Of a stretch of 48,496 nucleotides of DNA, positions 1-9,620 are shown piece after piece. This DNA comes from Candidatus Saganbacteria bacterium (GTDB taxonomy: Bacteria; Margulisbacteria; WOR-1; O2-12-FULL-45-9), in contig JABMSE010000039.1 in NCBI GenBank assembly GCA_013204645.1, positions 1 to 48,496 of the forward strand. Direction: 5' to 3'. The notes under the pieces are model-generated. The model ran no database searches. It had not been told where the DNA came from and worked only from the letters and a program-made list of their open reading frames with translations. A program made the position numbers and the translations under genes. How positions within the stretch are numbered: the stretch's first letter is position 1; each line of letters starts with the position of its first letter.

Positions 1-2
1 GT

Positions 3-1070
3 GAATTAGATACTATAATTGCTCAGGCTCGTTTAGCGGGGGTTGCTATGGCAACAATAACACTTAAACAAAGTCCTGAACTTATTCGCGCCACGCTTGA
101 GACCATGATCTCCTTTCCGGTAGAGGGAGAAGCTCTTGATGAAGCAATAACTCTAACTAGTATTATTGAAATGCTTAAGAGATTACCACAACTACAAGGT
201 AAAAGCTTTGTAGCAGGACCCTACCGCATTGAAATAGTGAATGTTGGCTCAGAAACTCTGCAGCCCTCTTTAAAAATTTATGGGGCAGTAACCGAGCAAA
301 GAACCGTAGTTGTTGAGCGAACTGAAGCATGGGGAGATGGTTTTGAACAGCAAGTTCCAGGCATGAGAGCCCGAATGCGCCGCAGCAATCAACCACTCAC
401 AGCTATAATTGGCGAAAATGGAATAGCCTTGGGTTTTGAACTAAGTCCTGGTGAAAGCCAACTCATAACAGAGTTTAATAATCCTATAAATTTAGGCCGC
501 CTTACACAACAGGCTCGTCGTGGAGAAGCCACAGCCGAAGAACAAGGCGACCTAAGTGCAAATGAACAGATATCAGCAGTAGAAATTAAATATACCTGTA
601 ATAATTTAAATCTGCGACCAATTTTAGTTACGCTTTATGAAGTAGCCGGGGGATATAAACGCATGGCTGCTCTAAGAGAGGCCTTGCGAACACATCGCGA
701 TCCGGCTCTCCTTACCGGCAAACGAATGCAAGTGGGCGATCATAATATAGTGATACAAGGAGCTCATCCCGCCACGATAGAACTCAGACTTGAAAATGTC
801 GAACCTAATAACTATAGAACTAGTGAAACAGCACAAGGATGGCACCTTATCTTTCATTTAGGTAATGAAGGCTTTAATATTTGGCCTGCTTCCGGACCAC
901 CGCCTAATCACAGAAGCTATGAGGATAAAGGACAAAATTTTGGGCCAGAAGTAAATTCAATAATCATGTCCTGGACTATGGAGAGTCAAACATTTGGCAT
1001 TGATCGCAATCACAATCTCAATTTTTCCCCAATTATTAACGCGGTAATTGAAATGCTAGGAAGGGTATAA
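3..1070 (+). CDS. KLIAF-leader array protein 1 (5'-truncated by window edge); two tandem copies of unrecognised module A
   Basis: The frame is open upstream of the ATG at 48 and reads ELDTIIAQARLAGVAM, the RxAG leader motif, so the true start lies before base 1. Two internal units begin GKSFVAGPYRIEI / GKRMQVGDHNIVI and end NLNLRPIL / NLNFSPII. Confidence 0.8.
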   Translation, partial: ELDTIIAQARLAGVAMATITLKQSPELIRATLETMISFPVEGEALDEAITLTSIIEMLKRLPQLQGKSFVAGPYRIEIVNVGSETLQPSLKIYGAVTEQRTVVVERTEAWGDGFEQQVPGMRARMRRSNQPLTAIIGENGIALGFELSPGESQLITEFNNPINLGRLTQQARRGEATAEEQGDLSANEQISAVEIKYTCNNLNLRPILVTLYEVAGGYKRMAALREALRTHRDPALLTGKRMQVGDHNIVIQGAHPATIELRLENVEPNNYRTSETAQGWHLIFHLGNEGFNIWPASGPPPNHRSYEDKGQNFGPEVNSIIMSWTMESQTFGIDRNHNLNFSPIINAVIEMLGRV

Positions 1071-1082
1071 ACAGGAGCACTA

Positions 1083-2099
1083 ATGTTTAAAGCAAAATTA
1101 ATAGCTTTTAATATGCAAATAACTGTGGAAGAGTCAGGGCTTCCTACAATGTACGAATTACTGCTAAAACTTCGGGAGGGGCAAACCCTATCTACAAATG
1201 AGCTAAGATTAGCTGGTCTTCCTTTAGTAAGGAGACAAATTGCTGAACTAATCCAAGGAGGACAATTAGAGGATCTCCTAAGCCAAATAACCCAAAACCT
1301 GCCTCTTATCCTCACCCCGGAACAGGTAGTAAATATGCATGAATGTGGCCGAATGCCAGCGATTGGATCGATGATATTAATCAAAGGTGGGGAATATTTA
1401 GCTGGTTTAGCTGATGTAGACGGGAGACCCAATGACATGGTCCCTCAACGCAGAGTAAAGATTAGTTCTTTTCTTCTTTCACCCTACCCGGTAACCCAAA
1501 GAGAATTTGCTGCTTTTGTAGAAGCTGGTGGATACCAAAACCAAGAATTTTGGAGTGAAGCTGGATGGCGGTTCCAAGAAGATAAACAGCTAACCGGACC
1601 ATCGCTTAGAACCGAATTTTTAGATCCGGATAACCCAGTTACCGGAGTATCCTGGTTCGAAGCCGAAGCTTATCTAAAGTGGGCAGGTCAAAGATTTCCA
1701 ACCGAGCATGAATGGGAATATGCGGCTCGGGCCGGCACATCCGTTAGACTACATATAGGCCAAGATAGAGATCGTGGACCAGTAAGAGTAAACGATGCCA
1801 ATTATCCTCCTAACAACAATGGTTTATTTCATCTGTTGGGCAATGTTCTGGAATGGGTTCGGGATGCGCACGATGATGCTTGGTCCTATTACTCTAGATT
1901 AAGATTTCTGGGCCGCGATAGCGGTCCCCCACTAAATCCCCCAGGACCAGAAGGCCATCAGCGAATCCTTCGCGGAGGGGATTGGAAAGAAACCCATCAC
2001 GAGACCCTGGTCGCAATGCCTTTTAGTTCTTTGGCCAGAACTCGAAATGTATTTGCCGGATTCCGCTCTGCAATGTATTGGAGAGAACCAAATGCTTAA
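1083..2099 (+). CDS. KLIAF-leader array protein 2; FGE-sulfatase (SUMF1/EgtB-type, C-type lectin fold) domain
   Basis: Leader MFKAKLIAFN...ELRLAG. FGE motifs: YPVTQREFAAFVEAGGY, PVTGVSWFEAEAY, PTEHEWEYAARAG, GLFHLLGNVLEWV, ILRGGDW, GFR. RBS AGGAG upstream. Confidence 0.9.
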   Translation: MFKAKLIAFNMQITVEESGLPTMYELLLKLREGQTLSTNELRLAGLPLVRRQIAELIQGGQLEDLLSQITQNLPLILTPEQVVNMHECGRMPAIGSMILIKGGEYLAGLADVDGRPNDMVPQRRVKISSFLLSPYPVTQREFAAFVEAGGYQNQEFWSEAGWRFQEDKQLTGPSLRTEFLDPDNPVTGVSWFEAEAYLKWAGQRFPTEHEWEYAARAGTSVRLHIGQDRDRGPVRVNDANYPPNNNGLFHLLGNVLEWVRDAHDDAWSYYSRLRFLGRDSGPPLNPPGPEGHQRILRGGDWKETHHETLVAMPFSSLARTRNVFAGFRSAMYWREPNA

Positions 2100-3357
2100 A
2101 GCAAAACTTATAGCTTTTAATATTAACGAAAGTATCCGACCAGACCTGCCGGGTCTGGAACAACTTTTAGAAACGGCCGCTAGTGGTCAAGCTATATCAG
2201 TTGAACAAATGAGGAGTGCTGGGATAGCGTTAACCAAGCGAGCACTAGAACCGCTGGCAGCTTCGCCAGAAACTGCAACCACTTTCTTAAGGGAATTAAT
2301 CTATAGCGTAATTGAGCCTGTCCTGGTTTTAGATAGCTCGAATGGAGGACATTTTGGATCAGTAACACAAATCGCTTTTAATCCTGTCGATTCTAATCTT
2401 CTGGCAACGGCTGGTACGGACGGCACAGTAAAGGTAGTCGATATCCAAAGTCAAAGCGTCGTACAATCCTATAATCGAGGATTAGAACCACGGGGTGACT
2501 CTGGTGCTATAAACCTTCGAGGGATCCAATCGGTTATCTGGAGCCCAGATGGGCGCTATCTTATAGTTGAGAACCAAGTTTCAGATTCTACTCCGACTCC
2601 TAACCGAACTATAATTGACACCCACACTCAAGAAATTTTGTTTGAAGGCCTAGATCTAATTGAAGACCTAGATGGACGGCCACCACCACAAGTAGTCCAA
2701 AGAAATGAGCAACATGGATTGACAGCAGAACTCTACAGTTATGGAGAACTCAAATTAGTTGAAACATCTAGTGATGACCTAATTTGGAGCATCAGACTTT
2801 TTTCACTACCAATTCCGGATTCAGCCGTTCTCCATAATATACACAGTCCGGACAGTCTACTTCTTCTTAGGATTACAAGAACCAACGAAAGGGGTAGTTC
2901 TCCTTATTGTTGTAATGCCCAACTAATCACTCGAGACGAAGCGGCTATACGCTCCGTTCCAGTTAAGGAGCCCTCGCTTGTTATGTGGAGCCCAGATTCT
3001 GGCCATGCAGTGGTCGCAGAAAAAGATGGAGAAACCTGGCTCCTTAGCATCGCCGATGAACCTTTCTGTTTAGCTGGAATTGAAGAAGGCACAACTTTCA
3101 CAACTGGTGCTTTTAGAAACGACTTTAGGTTTCTCGCTCTTTCTGGAGCAGATGAAACGATTGGAATATTTAATCTTATTGACCTAAGACTAGCTTTCAC
3201 CCTTGACCAAAATAACGGCGGCCACGCAGCCCGCGTTAATTCCGTTGCCTTTAGCCCAGACAAAAAACAGCTGGTTTCAGCTGACGAAACCGGAGTTATA
3301 AAAGTTTTTAATTTTGATAATATTTTAGATGCCATTATAGGAAAAAAAGATGCTTGA
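2092..3357 (+). CDS. KLIAF-leader array protein 3; WD40-like beta-propeller
   Basis: Start reassigned to ATG 2092 (MLKAKLIAFN), which overlaps the upstream stop by 8 bp. WD40 units GHFGSVTQIAFNP..LLATAGTDGTVKVVD and GHAARVNSVAFSPD..LVSADETGVIKVF. Confidence 0.88.
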   Translation: MLKAKLIAFNINESIRPDLPGLEQLLETAASGQAISVEQMRSAGIALTKRALEPLAASPETATTFLRELIYSVIEPVLVLDSSNGGHFGSVTQIAFNPVDSNLLATAGTDGTVKVVDIQSQSVVQSYNRGLEPRGDSGAINLRGIQSVIWSPDGRYLIVENQVSDSTPTPNRTIIDTHTQEILFEGLDLIEDLDGRPPPQVVQRNEQHGLTAELYSYGELKLVETSSDDLIWSIRLFSLPIPDSAVLHNIHSPDSLLLLRITRTNERGSSPYCCNAQLITRDEAAIRSVPVKEPSLVMWSPDSGHAVVAEKDGETWLLSIADEPFCLAGIEEGTTFTTGAFRNDFRFLALSGADETIGIFNLIDLRLAFTLDQNNGGHAARVNSVAFSPDKKQLVSADETGVIKVFNFDNILDAIIGKKDA

Positions 3358-5032
3358 AAATAAATTAATCGCCTTTAACCTCAACCAAGCCTCAGCAGAG
3401 GCACTGCCAACGCTAGCCCAGTTGGCAGAAAGTGGCAGTGCAACCGCACAAGAATTAAGGTTAGCTGGAGTGGCTATGGTGACGAAAACTTTAGAAACTG
3501 AAATCGAAGGCGGAAGATTGGAGGCTCTTTTTGAAAGACTTATGCCAAAAGAAGAACCCGCAGCACCCCCCACTCCACCCGGGTTAGATGCTTTCAAAGA
3601 AAAGCTCAGGATTTTTCCCATTGAATCATTTCTTGAATCTACTTCCCTCCCTCGAGCCGCTACCTTCTTAGCCGAAGCCGTGGCTTACTTTGAAATTGAA
3701 AAAGAAAATAGAGGGGACCTTCTGGCACTTCTTTCAATATCCTTATCTACACGTCCAGCACAAAGAGGCACCCCAGCAGCTCAGTGGACAAACCGGGCTC
3801 GTGCAGCACGAGGACTCGGAAAAATCGGAGAAGAACTTGCTTTGGAAAATTTAGGCCGAGCTCTGGAAGAAGAAAGGCACGAAAAAGCAAAAATAGCCAT
3901 GCAACTGGCTCAAATTGAAATCTTAAGTAGGCTCTATGAACAAGACGAAAATATTGATGCTTACAATAAAATCACGAATATCCAAACTGAATATCCCAAG
4001 GTTCAAGCAGTTATTGATATGTTTATAGTTAAACATACAGCCCCTACCCTTTCCAAGAATAGTTTACTAACGCAAGCGTTTGGAGGAACCCGCGAGAGCG
4101 CAATACTTTCCAAACTAAGGGAAATTGGAACCGTAGAGGATATTGATGTGATATTAGATATTTTTCCTGTGAATCCCGAGCGGCCAAAGCCAAATGACAT
4201 AATCAGGCGCCCAGGGAGGATTTCATCCTCTGCTCCAGTTTTAGTTATGGCCGCTGAAGCGGTCATGGAAATTTGGTATCGGGAATACGATGGTAATTTT
4301 CCCTATCGAGGATACCTCGAACACGTAGCGCCAAATACGTTACCCATACTTTACGCAGCGCAAGCAAGAATAAAAACAGACAAAGGCACAAAAGCGGATC
4401 TTCCAAAATTAAAAAAACACCTAAGAATTAAGCTTCCTCTTTTGCGAACAGCTGCGGCGAAAGCCATTGCGGCTATTCATGTAAGAGCAGGAAATGTAGG
4501 CGCGCTGCGACGCATGCTTTGGTCATGGCCTTTATCTAATAAATATGAACGCATAGCCGCAGCAGAAGCAATTGGTGAGGTTGGAAACAGAAGGGATGTT
4601 TGGAAATTAAAATTGATGGTTAGAAGCAGAGATGAAGAATTAGTTAGAGCAGCTGCGAGATCATTGGGTAAATTGGGTATGCCAAAAGATCTGCCGAGGG
4701 TGCCCGCCTTCGGCGGACATTTTTTTATTAGAGTTGTAACTCGACTATATTTAAACGACGAACTAACCAAAGAAACCCGCCAAACTCTTTGTGAAGCTGT
4801 TGCCAATATATTTGCTAGAGCCGAGCGAGAAGAGTCTCTTTATCAAATGGCTAGCACAGAGAACAATAGAAATCCACTTGCTGCAAAGGCAGCAACTTAT
4901 GGCCTAGTAAAATATTTTGCTGCCAAAGGCGAACTTGAAGAAAACCTAGATGAAATAATGGGTTTTGATTACGGCATCGCTGCCTTATTGGATCACTTTA
5001 GAGCTGAACAGGGAGACCCGAGTTATGCTTAA
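3350..5032 (+). CDS. KLIAF-leader array protein 4; HEAT/PBS-lyase-like helical repeats
   Basis: Leader MLENKLIAFN...ELRLAG. Repeated units RARAARGLGKIG, LRTAAAKAIAAI, ERIAAAEAIGEVG, VRAAARSLGKLG. Confidence 0.82.
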   Translation: MLENKLIAFNLNQASAEALPTLAQLAESGSATAQELRLAGVAMVTKTLETEIEGGRLEALFERLMPKEEPAAPPTPPGLDAFKEKLRIFPIESFLESTSLPRAATFLAEAVAYFEIEKENRGDLLALLSISLSTRPAQRGTPAAQWTNRARAARGLGKIGEELALENLGRALEEERHEKAKIAMQLAQIEILSRLYEQDENIDAYNKITNIQTEYPKVQAVIDMFIVKHTAPTLSKNSLLTQAFGGTRESAILSKLREIGTVEDIDVILDIFPVNPERPKPNDIIRRPGRISSSAPVLVMAAEAVMEIWYREYDGNFPYRGYLEHVAPNTLPILYAAQARIKTDKGTKADLPKLKKHLRIKLPLLRTAAAKAIAAIHVRAGNVGALRRMLWSWPLSNKYERIAAAEAIGEVGNRRDVWKLKLMVRSRDEELVRAAARSLGKLGMPKDLPRVPAFGGHFFIRVVTRLYLNDELTKETRQTLCEAVANIFARAEREESLYQMASTENNRNPLAAKAATYGLVKYFAAKGELEENLDEIMGFDYGIAALLDHFRAEQGDPSYA

Positions 5033-6287
5033 TTTAAAACTAATAGCATTTAATATGCAAGCCTTAAAAGACGGCGCGGTGCCAACAATAGAAGATCTAT
5101 TAACTCGTGCTAGAGACGGTCAATCAATTGAATTTGGCGAGGTGCGCCAGGCGGGCGTTGCGATAGCTGAACCAACCCTAAAAGCCATAATTACCGCAGG
5201 AGAACTAACAAAACTGCTACACTCTATTCTTTATTCATCAGTTACGCCAGTTTATGTACTCGATCAATCAAACGGCGGTCACAGTAATGAAGGGATCCCG
5301 TGTATAGCCTGGCAACCAGAAGGAAATCTCCTAGCCAGTGCAGGTTTAGATGGTTATCTTAAACTAACTGATGTTTCTGAAAGAAGGGTTGTGCAATCTC
5401 ATGATTTGAGAGCATGGAAGGGATCTGAATTGGAACATAGAGGATTAATATCCGTCAAATGGAGTCCCTGCGGAAAATTTTTGGTCACGGAAAATGAAAC
5501 TTATAACATCCCTCCAGAAATTGATCCAGGGAAAATAGTTGACACCCAAACCCAAACCGTCATTGCAGATGGATTTGAAACAAGCGTTGAAAGTGCTATT
5601 TCTACTACCGCGCGCTTCCCTGACACCTTCCTCAAAGTCACAACTTACTCTGATGGTCGAATAGAAGTGAAAACCACCGCCGGGCAAGCGCTTTTTACTT
5701 TGGGTGATGAAAATAGGTGGGGCGAGCGTGTTACAAGTCACAGATCAAGTCCCGACAAAAATTACGCCCTTTTCAGAACGCGGCCACGAAACGAGGACCC
5801 CTACGTAGCAGTAGTTGCCCTAACAGACAACCGTGGGGAACTTTGGAAATTTGACTCACCATACGACAACTGGATTAATAAATTACTTTGGTCCCCCACA
5901 AGCACCTGGGCAGCCATGATCACAGAAAGAAACACTATCAGCCTATGGAATGTTGAAGCAGGCATTGCCTCTAGGTTTGAAGGAGAAGAAATGGAAGGGG
6001 CCGACCCAGACAAAAAAATAAACACTGCTTCCTGGCACCGAGATGGAAAATACCTAGCTATTGCCATTGGCAACACGATAAAGCTTATTGATGTAGAACA
6101 GCCAAAAACAGTTTACACCCTACATCAGGATAATGGTGGCCATCGTGCTAGAGTGAAATCAATTGCTTTTAGTCCAGACGGAGAACTTTTAGCTTCCTCT
6201 GATAGAAACGGAAAAATAAATGTTTACGCATTTTCAGATATCCTTGAGGCCATAAAACTTGAAGCAGGAGATACAGGTAATGATTAA
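5025..6287 (+). CDS. KLIAF-leader array protein 5; WD40-like beta-propeller
   Basis: Start reassigned to ATG 5025 (MLNLKLIAFN), 8-bp overlap. Units IAWQPEGNLLASAGLDGYLKLTD and GHRARVKSIAFSPDGELLASSDRNGKINVY. Clear paralog of 2092..3357. Confidence 0.88.
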   Translation: MLNLKLIAFNMQALKDGAVPTIEDLLTRARDGQSIEFGEVRQAGVAIAEPTLKAIITAGELTKLLHSILYSSVTPVYVLDQSNGGHSNEGIPCIAWQPEGNLLASAGLDGYLKLTDVSERRVVQSHDLRAWKGSELEHRGLISVKWSPCGKFLVTENETYNIPPEIDPGKIVDTQTQTVIADGFETSVESAISTTARFPDTFLKVTTYSDGRIEVKTTAGQALFTLGDENRWGERVTSHRSSPDKNYALFRTRPRNEDPYVAVVALTDNRGELWKFDSPYDNWINKLLWSPTSTWAAMITERNTISLWNVEAGIASRFEGEEMEGADPDKKINTASWHRDGKYLAIAIGNTIKLIDVEQPKTVYTLHQDNGGHRARVKSIAFSPDGELLASSDRNGKINVYAFSDILEAIKLEAGDTGND

Positions 6288-7014
6288 TTTGAAACTAATA
6301 GCGTTTGATATGAACACCAATCTTGAAGAAGGTGCGCTGCCAAAAGCAAAGGATTTAATTGCCAAACTTGATGAAGGAGAAACCGTCTCGGCAGCTGATG
6401 TGCGGCGGGCTGGTATTGCTATCAGCAACCAGGTACTTGGTCGGCTTGACCGCCAAGCTATCAGAAGCCTCCTCGAAAGCATGTGTCCTAAAATAGATTT
6501 TGATGAACTAATTGAAACTAGCTTTGTTAAGGTAAGAGTAGTTAGTCTGCCCCAAGGTAGAGCAGGTAGCTTCCCTCTTGTTTTAGAAATCTTTAACACC
6601 GTTCGGGAAGACAGAACCATTGACTTTGATGGAGACGGCCACGACTCCATGGGTTTTCCAGATAGTTCACCGGGCACACTCCATCGCGAAAAAGTAACCA
6701 GCGCAGCTTCTCTTACAGTAAAAATTTACAAAGATAGAATCGAATTTTCCTGTAGCAAGATTCCAGGAGCTACCTTTAGCAGACCAGAGCCAGAGGATAG
6801 TATCACTTCTGACCTTGGACAAAGGAAAAGAATTCCCCAAGATGAGTGGACACAAGAAGATCAGGACTATATCGGCGCACCCCTAAACATTACATCCATA
6901 GATGTTTCCTATAAATGCGCTTCTTTGGCTCTAAAAACAATTTTGCAGAGAATAAGCAAATCCCACCCTGATCTGGGACAGATTATTAGAGAACTAGGAT
7001 GGTTAAATGATTAA
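6280..7014 (+). CDS. KLIAF-leader array protein 6; unrecognised C-terminal domain (possibly divergent module A)
   Basis: Start reassigned to ATG 6280 (MINLKLIAFD), AGGAG upstream, 8-bp overlap. The end, IDVSYKCASLALKTIL, resembles protein 1 VEIKYTCNNLNLRPIL. Confidence 0.8.
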   Translation: MINLKLIAFDMNTNLEEGALPKAKDLIAKLDEGETVSAADVRRAGIAISNQVLGRLDRQAIRSLLESMCPKIDFDELIETSFVKVRVVSLPQGRAGSFPLVLEIFNTVREDRTIDFDGDGHDSMGFPDSSPGTLHREKVTSAASLTVKIYKDRIEFSCSKIPGATFSRPEPEDSITSDLGQRKRIPQDEWTQEDQDYIGAPLNITSIDVSYKCASLALKTILQRISKSHPDLGQIIRELGWLND

Positions 7015-7705
7015 ACAAAAATTAATCGCCTTTAATATTAACGAAAGTGTAAGGGATAACCTTCCTACCTTGGAGTCTTTGGTAAGAAGAGCCAAGGAGC
7101 TTGGGGTTGAGGATCTCAGAATAGCTGGAATTCCTTTCACAAAAAGAGCGATTCAAGAACAAATTGACGCTGGAAAAACAAGAGAACTAATCAAAGCACA
7201 TGTTCCAACGCTTAATCCACTGCATTTAATTGAACGCCATTCCGAAAGTCGTCGTGCAATACTAAGTGCACTTCATGGCTTGCCAAATTTCCCTTATGGA
7301 ACTTATAGCATAGACTTTGGAGAAGGTTTTTGGTGTTTTGTAAGGGGAGTTACTGTTTCAAGAGCTCTCTTAAATGAAGGCGCTGCTACAAACAAAGAAG
7401 AAGTACAAGTTGACCTACAACTTGATTTTAAGTTTGATGGCATCGGGATAGCATTTTACACACAAAACACACGACGAGGATCTGGCAAAGCCCCAGGCGA
7501 CAGCCATTATGCTTTGGGCCCATTTACTTTTGCACCAACCTCTACCAGTGTTGGTTTAATGTGGAAGGCATCTGAAACCGGCACCGAGCTATCTGATCTA
7601 AAAGTCTACGAATATACACTTGCTGATTTTGATTTACAACAGGTTATGCGAGCAGTGGCTCAAAGAGTAAACGAAGCAATAACAAGGATAGTGGGAAATG
7701 CTTAA
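7007..7705 (+). CDS. KLIAF-leader array protein 7; module A-like domain
   Basis: MIKQKLIAFN...DLRIAG. The C-terminal FAPTSTSVGLMW...YTLADFDLQQVM matches the module A pattern. Confidence 0.82.
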   Translation: MIKQKLIAFNINESVRDNLPTLESLVRRAKELGVEDLRIAGIPFTKRAIQEQIDAGKTRELIKAHVPTLNPLHLIERHSESRRAILSALHGLPNFPYGTYSIDFGEGFWCFVRGVTVSRALLNEGAATNKEEVQVDLQLDFKFDGIGIAFYTQNTRRGSGKAPGDSHYALGPFTFAPTSTSVGLMWKASETGTELSDLKVYEYTLADFDLQQVMRAVAQRVNEAITRIVGNA

Positions 7706-8870
7706 AGCAAAACTTATAGCCTTTAACATAGAAGCCGCTGCAGCCGAGAAATTGACCTCGCCGGCTGATCTGCTTTTGCAAATGGATCAAGGAGAAGACC
7801 CTTCTTTTGAAAAGCTGCGTCAAGCAGGGGTAGCAATATCGCAGCAGGTATTGAGTCGCCCGGAAACAAAAGAGCTGACCCAAAAAGTGTTGGAATCCCT
7901 CTGTAACGGAAGAGTAGAAGAAATTAGAAAACTAGTAGATTATCTTATTTCAAAACTTGAACCCGCTCAAGGACAACAGCTATCAGCTCGGCTCACCTCC
8001 CCCATAGAAAACAACTTAGTTGAAAATCTTGCGCAAAATCAAATTAGCTCGCTAAATGATATTAAACAACTGCTTGATTACCTGGTCTCTCCTCAAAGGA
8101 ATCGTTCAGTTAACCAAGCTAGCCAAATGCTCCCTAGTCGCGCACAACGATCCACCAATCTATTTACGCTAAGAGACAGTGGCCGTGTAATATCCTACGA
8201 ATTGCGCCTTAGAGGAAGACGAGAACCCGGTAGCGCTGTTCTCAGCCCTTCCTTCATTGAGGTGTGTAGCGAATATTTGCTAATTGAGGATCCAACCCAG
8301 ATCGGAGCCAACCCAACAATACTATTTGATTATGAAGTTGAGGAAATAGAAACTAGATTGCCTTTTTGGCAACTTATAGAACGGATTAATGACAGAAATT
8401 ACGCTGACATTTCTAGATTCCTCAGACATTTTTTCACAAGCGGGCCACATACCGTTATTATTAATGATCCCTTAAGAAATAATTTTAGGCTGAGAATTGA
8501 CGAGGTTGCAGTTACCAAAATATACGAGGGGGATTCTGATGGAAGCCTAACTGGTTCTACTTCGACAGAAGCAGCTTCTTCCCAAAGCACTTGTTCTCTT
8601 GAGGCTCAGATCGACCAAGAAGGTATTATTCTAGTCTTTTCTTTTGATCCAACCACTACCCGAAATGTACGTTATAGCCAAGCTGAAGAAGTTCTTGCTC
8701 CCAATAATGAAAGTGTGTCAATGGAATGGACAGCAAGCGAGAAACTGCCCACCCCTCCGGACGAACCACAACGCTATGCTTATTATAAATACATATTAAC
8801 TGATTTCAATTTAGCCCAAATTATGCGTGACTTTGTTACCAACGTCGCGCAGAAGCTTGCGGAAGGATAA
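7698..8870 (+). CDS. KLIAF-leader array protein 8; module B + module A
   Basis: MLKAKLIAFN...KLRQAG. The middle ISSLNDIKQLLDYL..FTLRDSG resembles protein 12. The C-terminal SGPHTVIIND..APNNESVSMEW..YILTDFNLAQIM is module A. Confidence 0.82.
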   Translation: MLKAKLIAFNIEAAAAEKLTSPADLLLQMDQGEDPSFEKLRQAGVAISQQVLSRPETKELTQKVLESLCNGRVEEIRKLVDYLISKLEPAQGQQLSARLTSPIENNLVENLAQNQISSLNDIKQLLDYLVSPQRNRSVNQASQMLPSRAQRSTNLFTLRDSGRVISYELRLRGRREPGSAVLSPSFIEVCSEYLLIEDPTQIGANPTILFDYEVEEIETRLPFWQLIERINDRNYADISRFLRHFFTSGPHTVIINDPLRNNFRLRIDEVAVTKIYEGDSDGSLTGSTSTEAASSQSTCSLEAQIDQEGIILVFSFDPTTTRNVRYSQAEEVLAPNNESVSMEWTASEKLPTPPDEPQRYAYYKYILTDFNLAQIMRDFVTNVAQKLAEG

Positions 8871-8879
8871 AGGGAAAAC

Positions 8880-9620
8880 ATGTTTAATTTTAAATTAATA
8901 GCCTTTAATATTGACCAAAGCCAGCTAGAGAAGCTTCCCACCCTCGCCTCTTTGTTGGCAGATTACGATGCTGATAGAGATGTTTCTGTTGATGACCTAA
9001 GGTTAGCTGGAGTGCCGGTTGCAAAACCGTCTTTTGCACGAGATCCAGACATCATTTTCGAAGCTATTCGCTCAGTTCTGCAGAAACAAGAAAAAGCTGC
9101 CCAGCTTGCTGAAATAAAAATCAAAGTCGCGATAAGAGTAGCTAAGGCAAAACTACCTGCTCTTTATCTTCAAAAACCAATGGAACCAAGATTGCTTTGG
9201 GATTTTGTTCAACTATTAAACAATCCGCAAAATCTTGCTGGAAAAGAAATTTCAGCTGGTTCTCTCACCCTAAAAATAACCCAGGCAACAAAAGAAGCTT
9301 TCTCTTTTCATATCCAGGGAGCGGAAATAGTTTGTCAGGGGGGGCAATATAGTTGGCAAGTGTTTGGAACCATCACAGAAAATGGAATACGAGTTACAAC
9401 AAACCCCATAACAAGCGATCGAAACCTGGGTCTCCCTTTCCCTAAAACCCGAGATTTTGATCCCAACGAAAACGCTGCAACAATATCTTGGAGAGAAACT
9501 CCTTTTGCTAGCTCACAAAGAGAACGAACGATTGGCCCAATTAATCTTCGAGCAATTTGTGAAACCTTGATCGAGCGTTTTATTGAGGAAGGGGTAGAAA
9601 TAGGAGTCTTCAATGATTAA
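8880..9620 (+). CDS. KLIAF-leader array protein 9; module A
   Basis: MFNFKLIAFN...DLRLAG; LWDFV..GKEISAGSLTLKI..TITENGI..FDPNENAATISW..INLRAI. Confidence 0.82.
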   Translation: MFNFKLIAFNIDQSQLEKLPTLASLLADYDADRDVSVDDLRLAGVPVAKPSFARDPDIIFEAIRSVLQKQEKAAQLAEIKIKVAIRVAKAKLPALYLQKPMEPRLLWDFVQLLNNPQNLAGKEISAGSLTLKITQATKEAFSFHIQGAEIVCQGGQYSWQVFGTITENGIRVTTNPITSDRNLGLPFPKTRDFDPNENAATISWRETPFASSQRERTIGPINLRAICETLIERFIEEGVEIGVFND

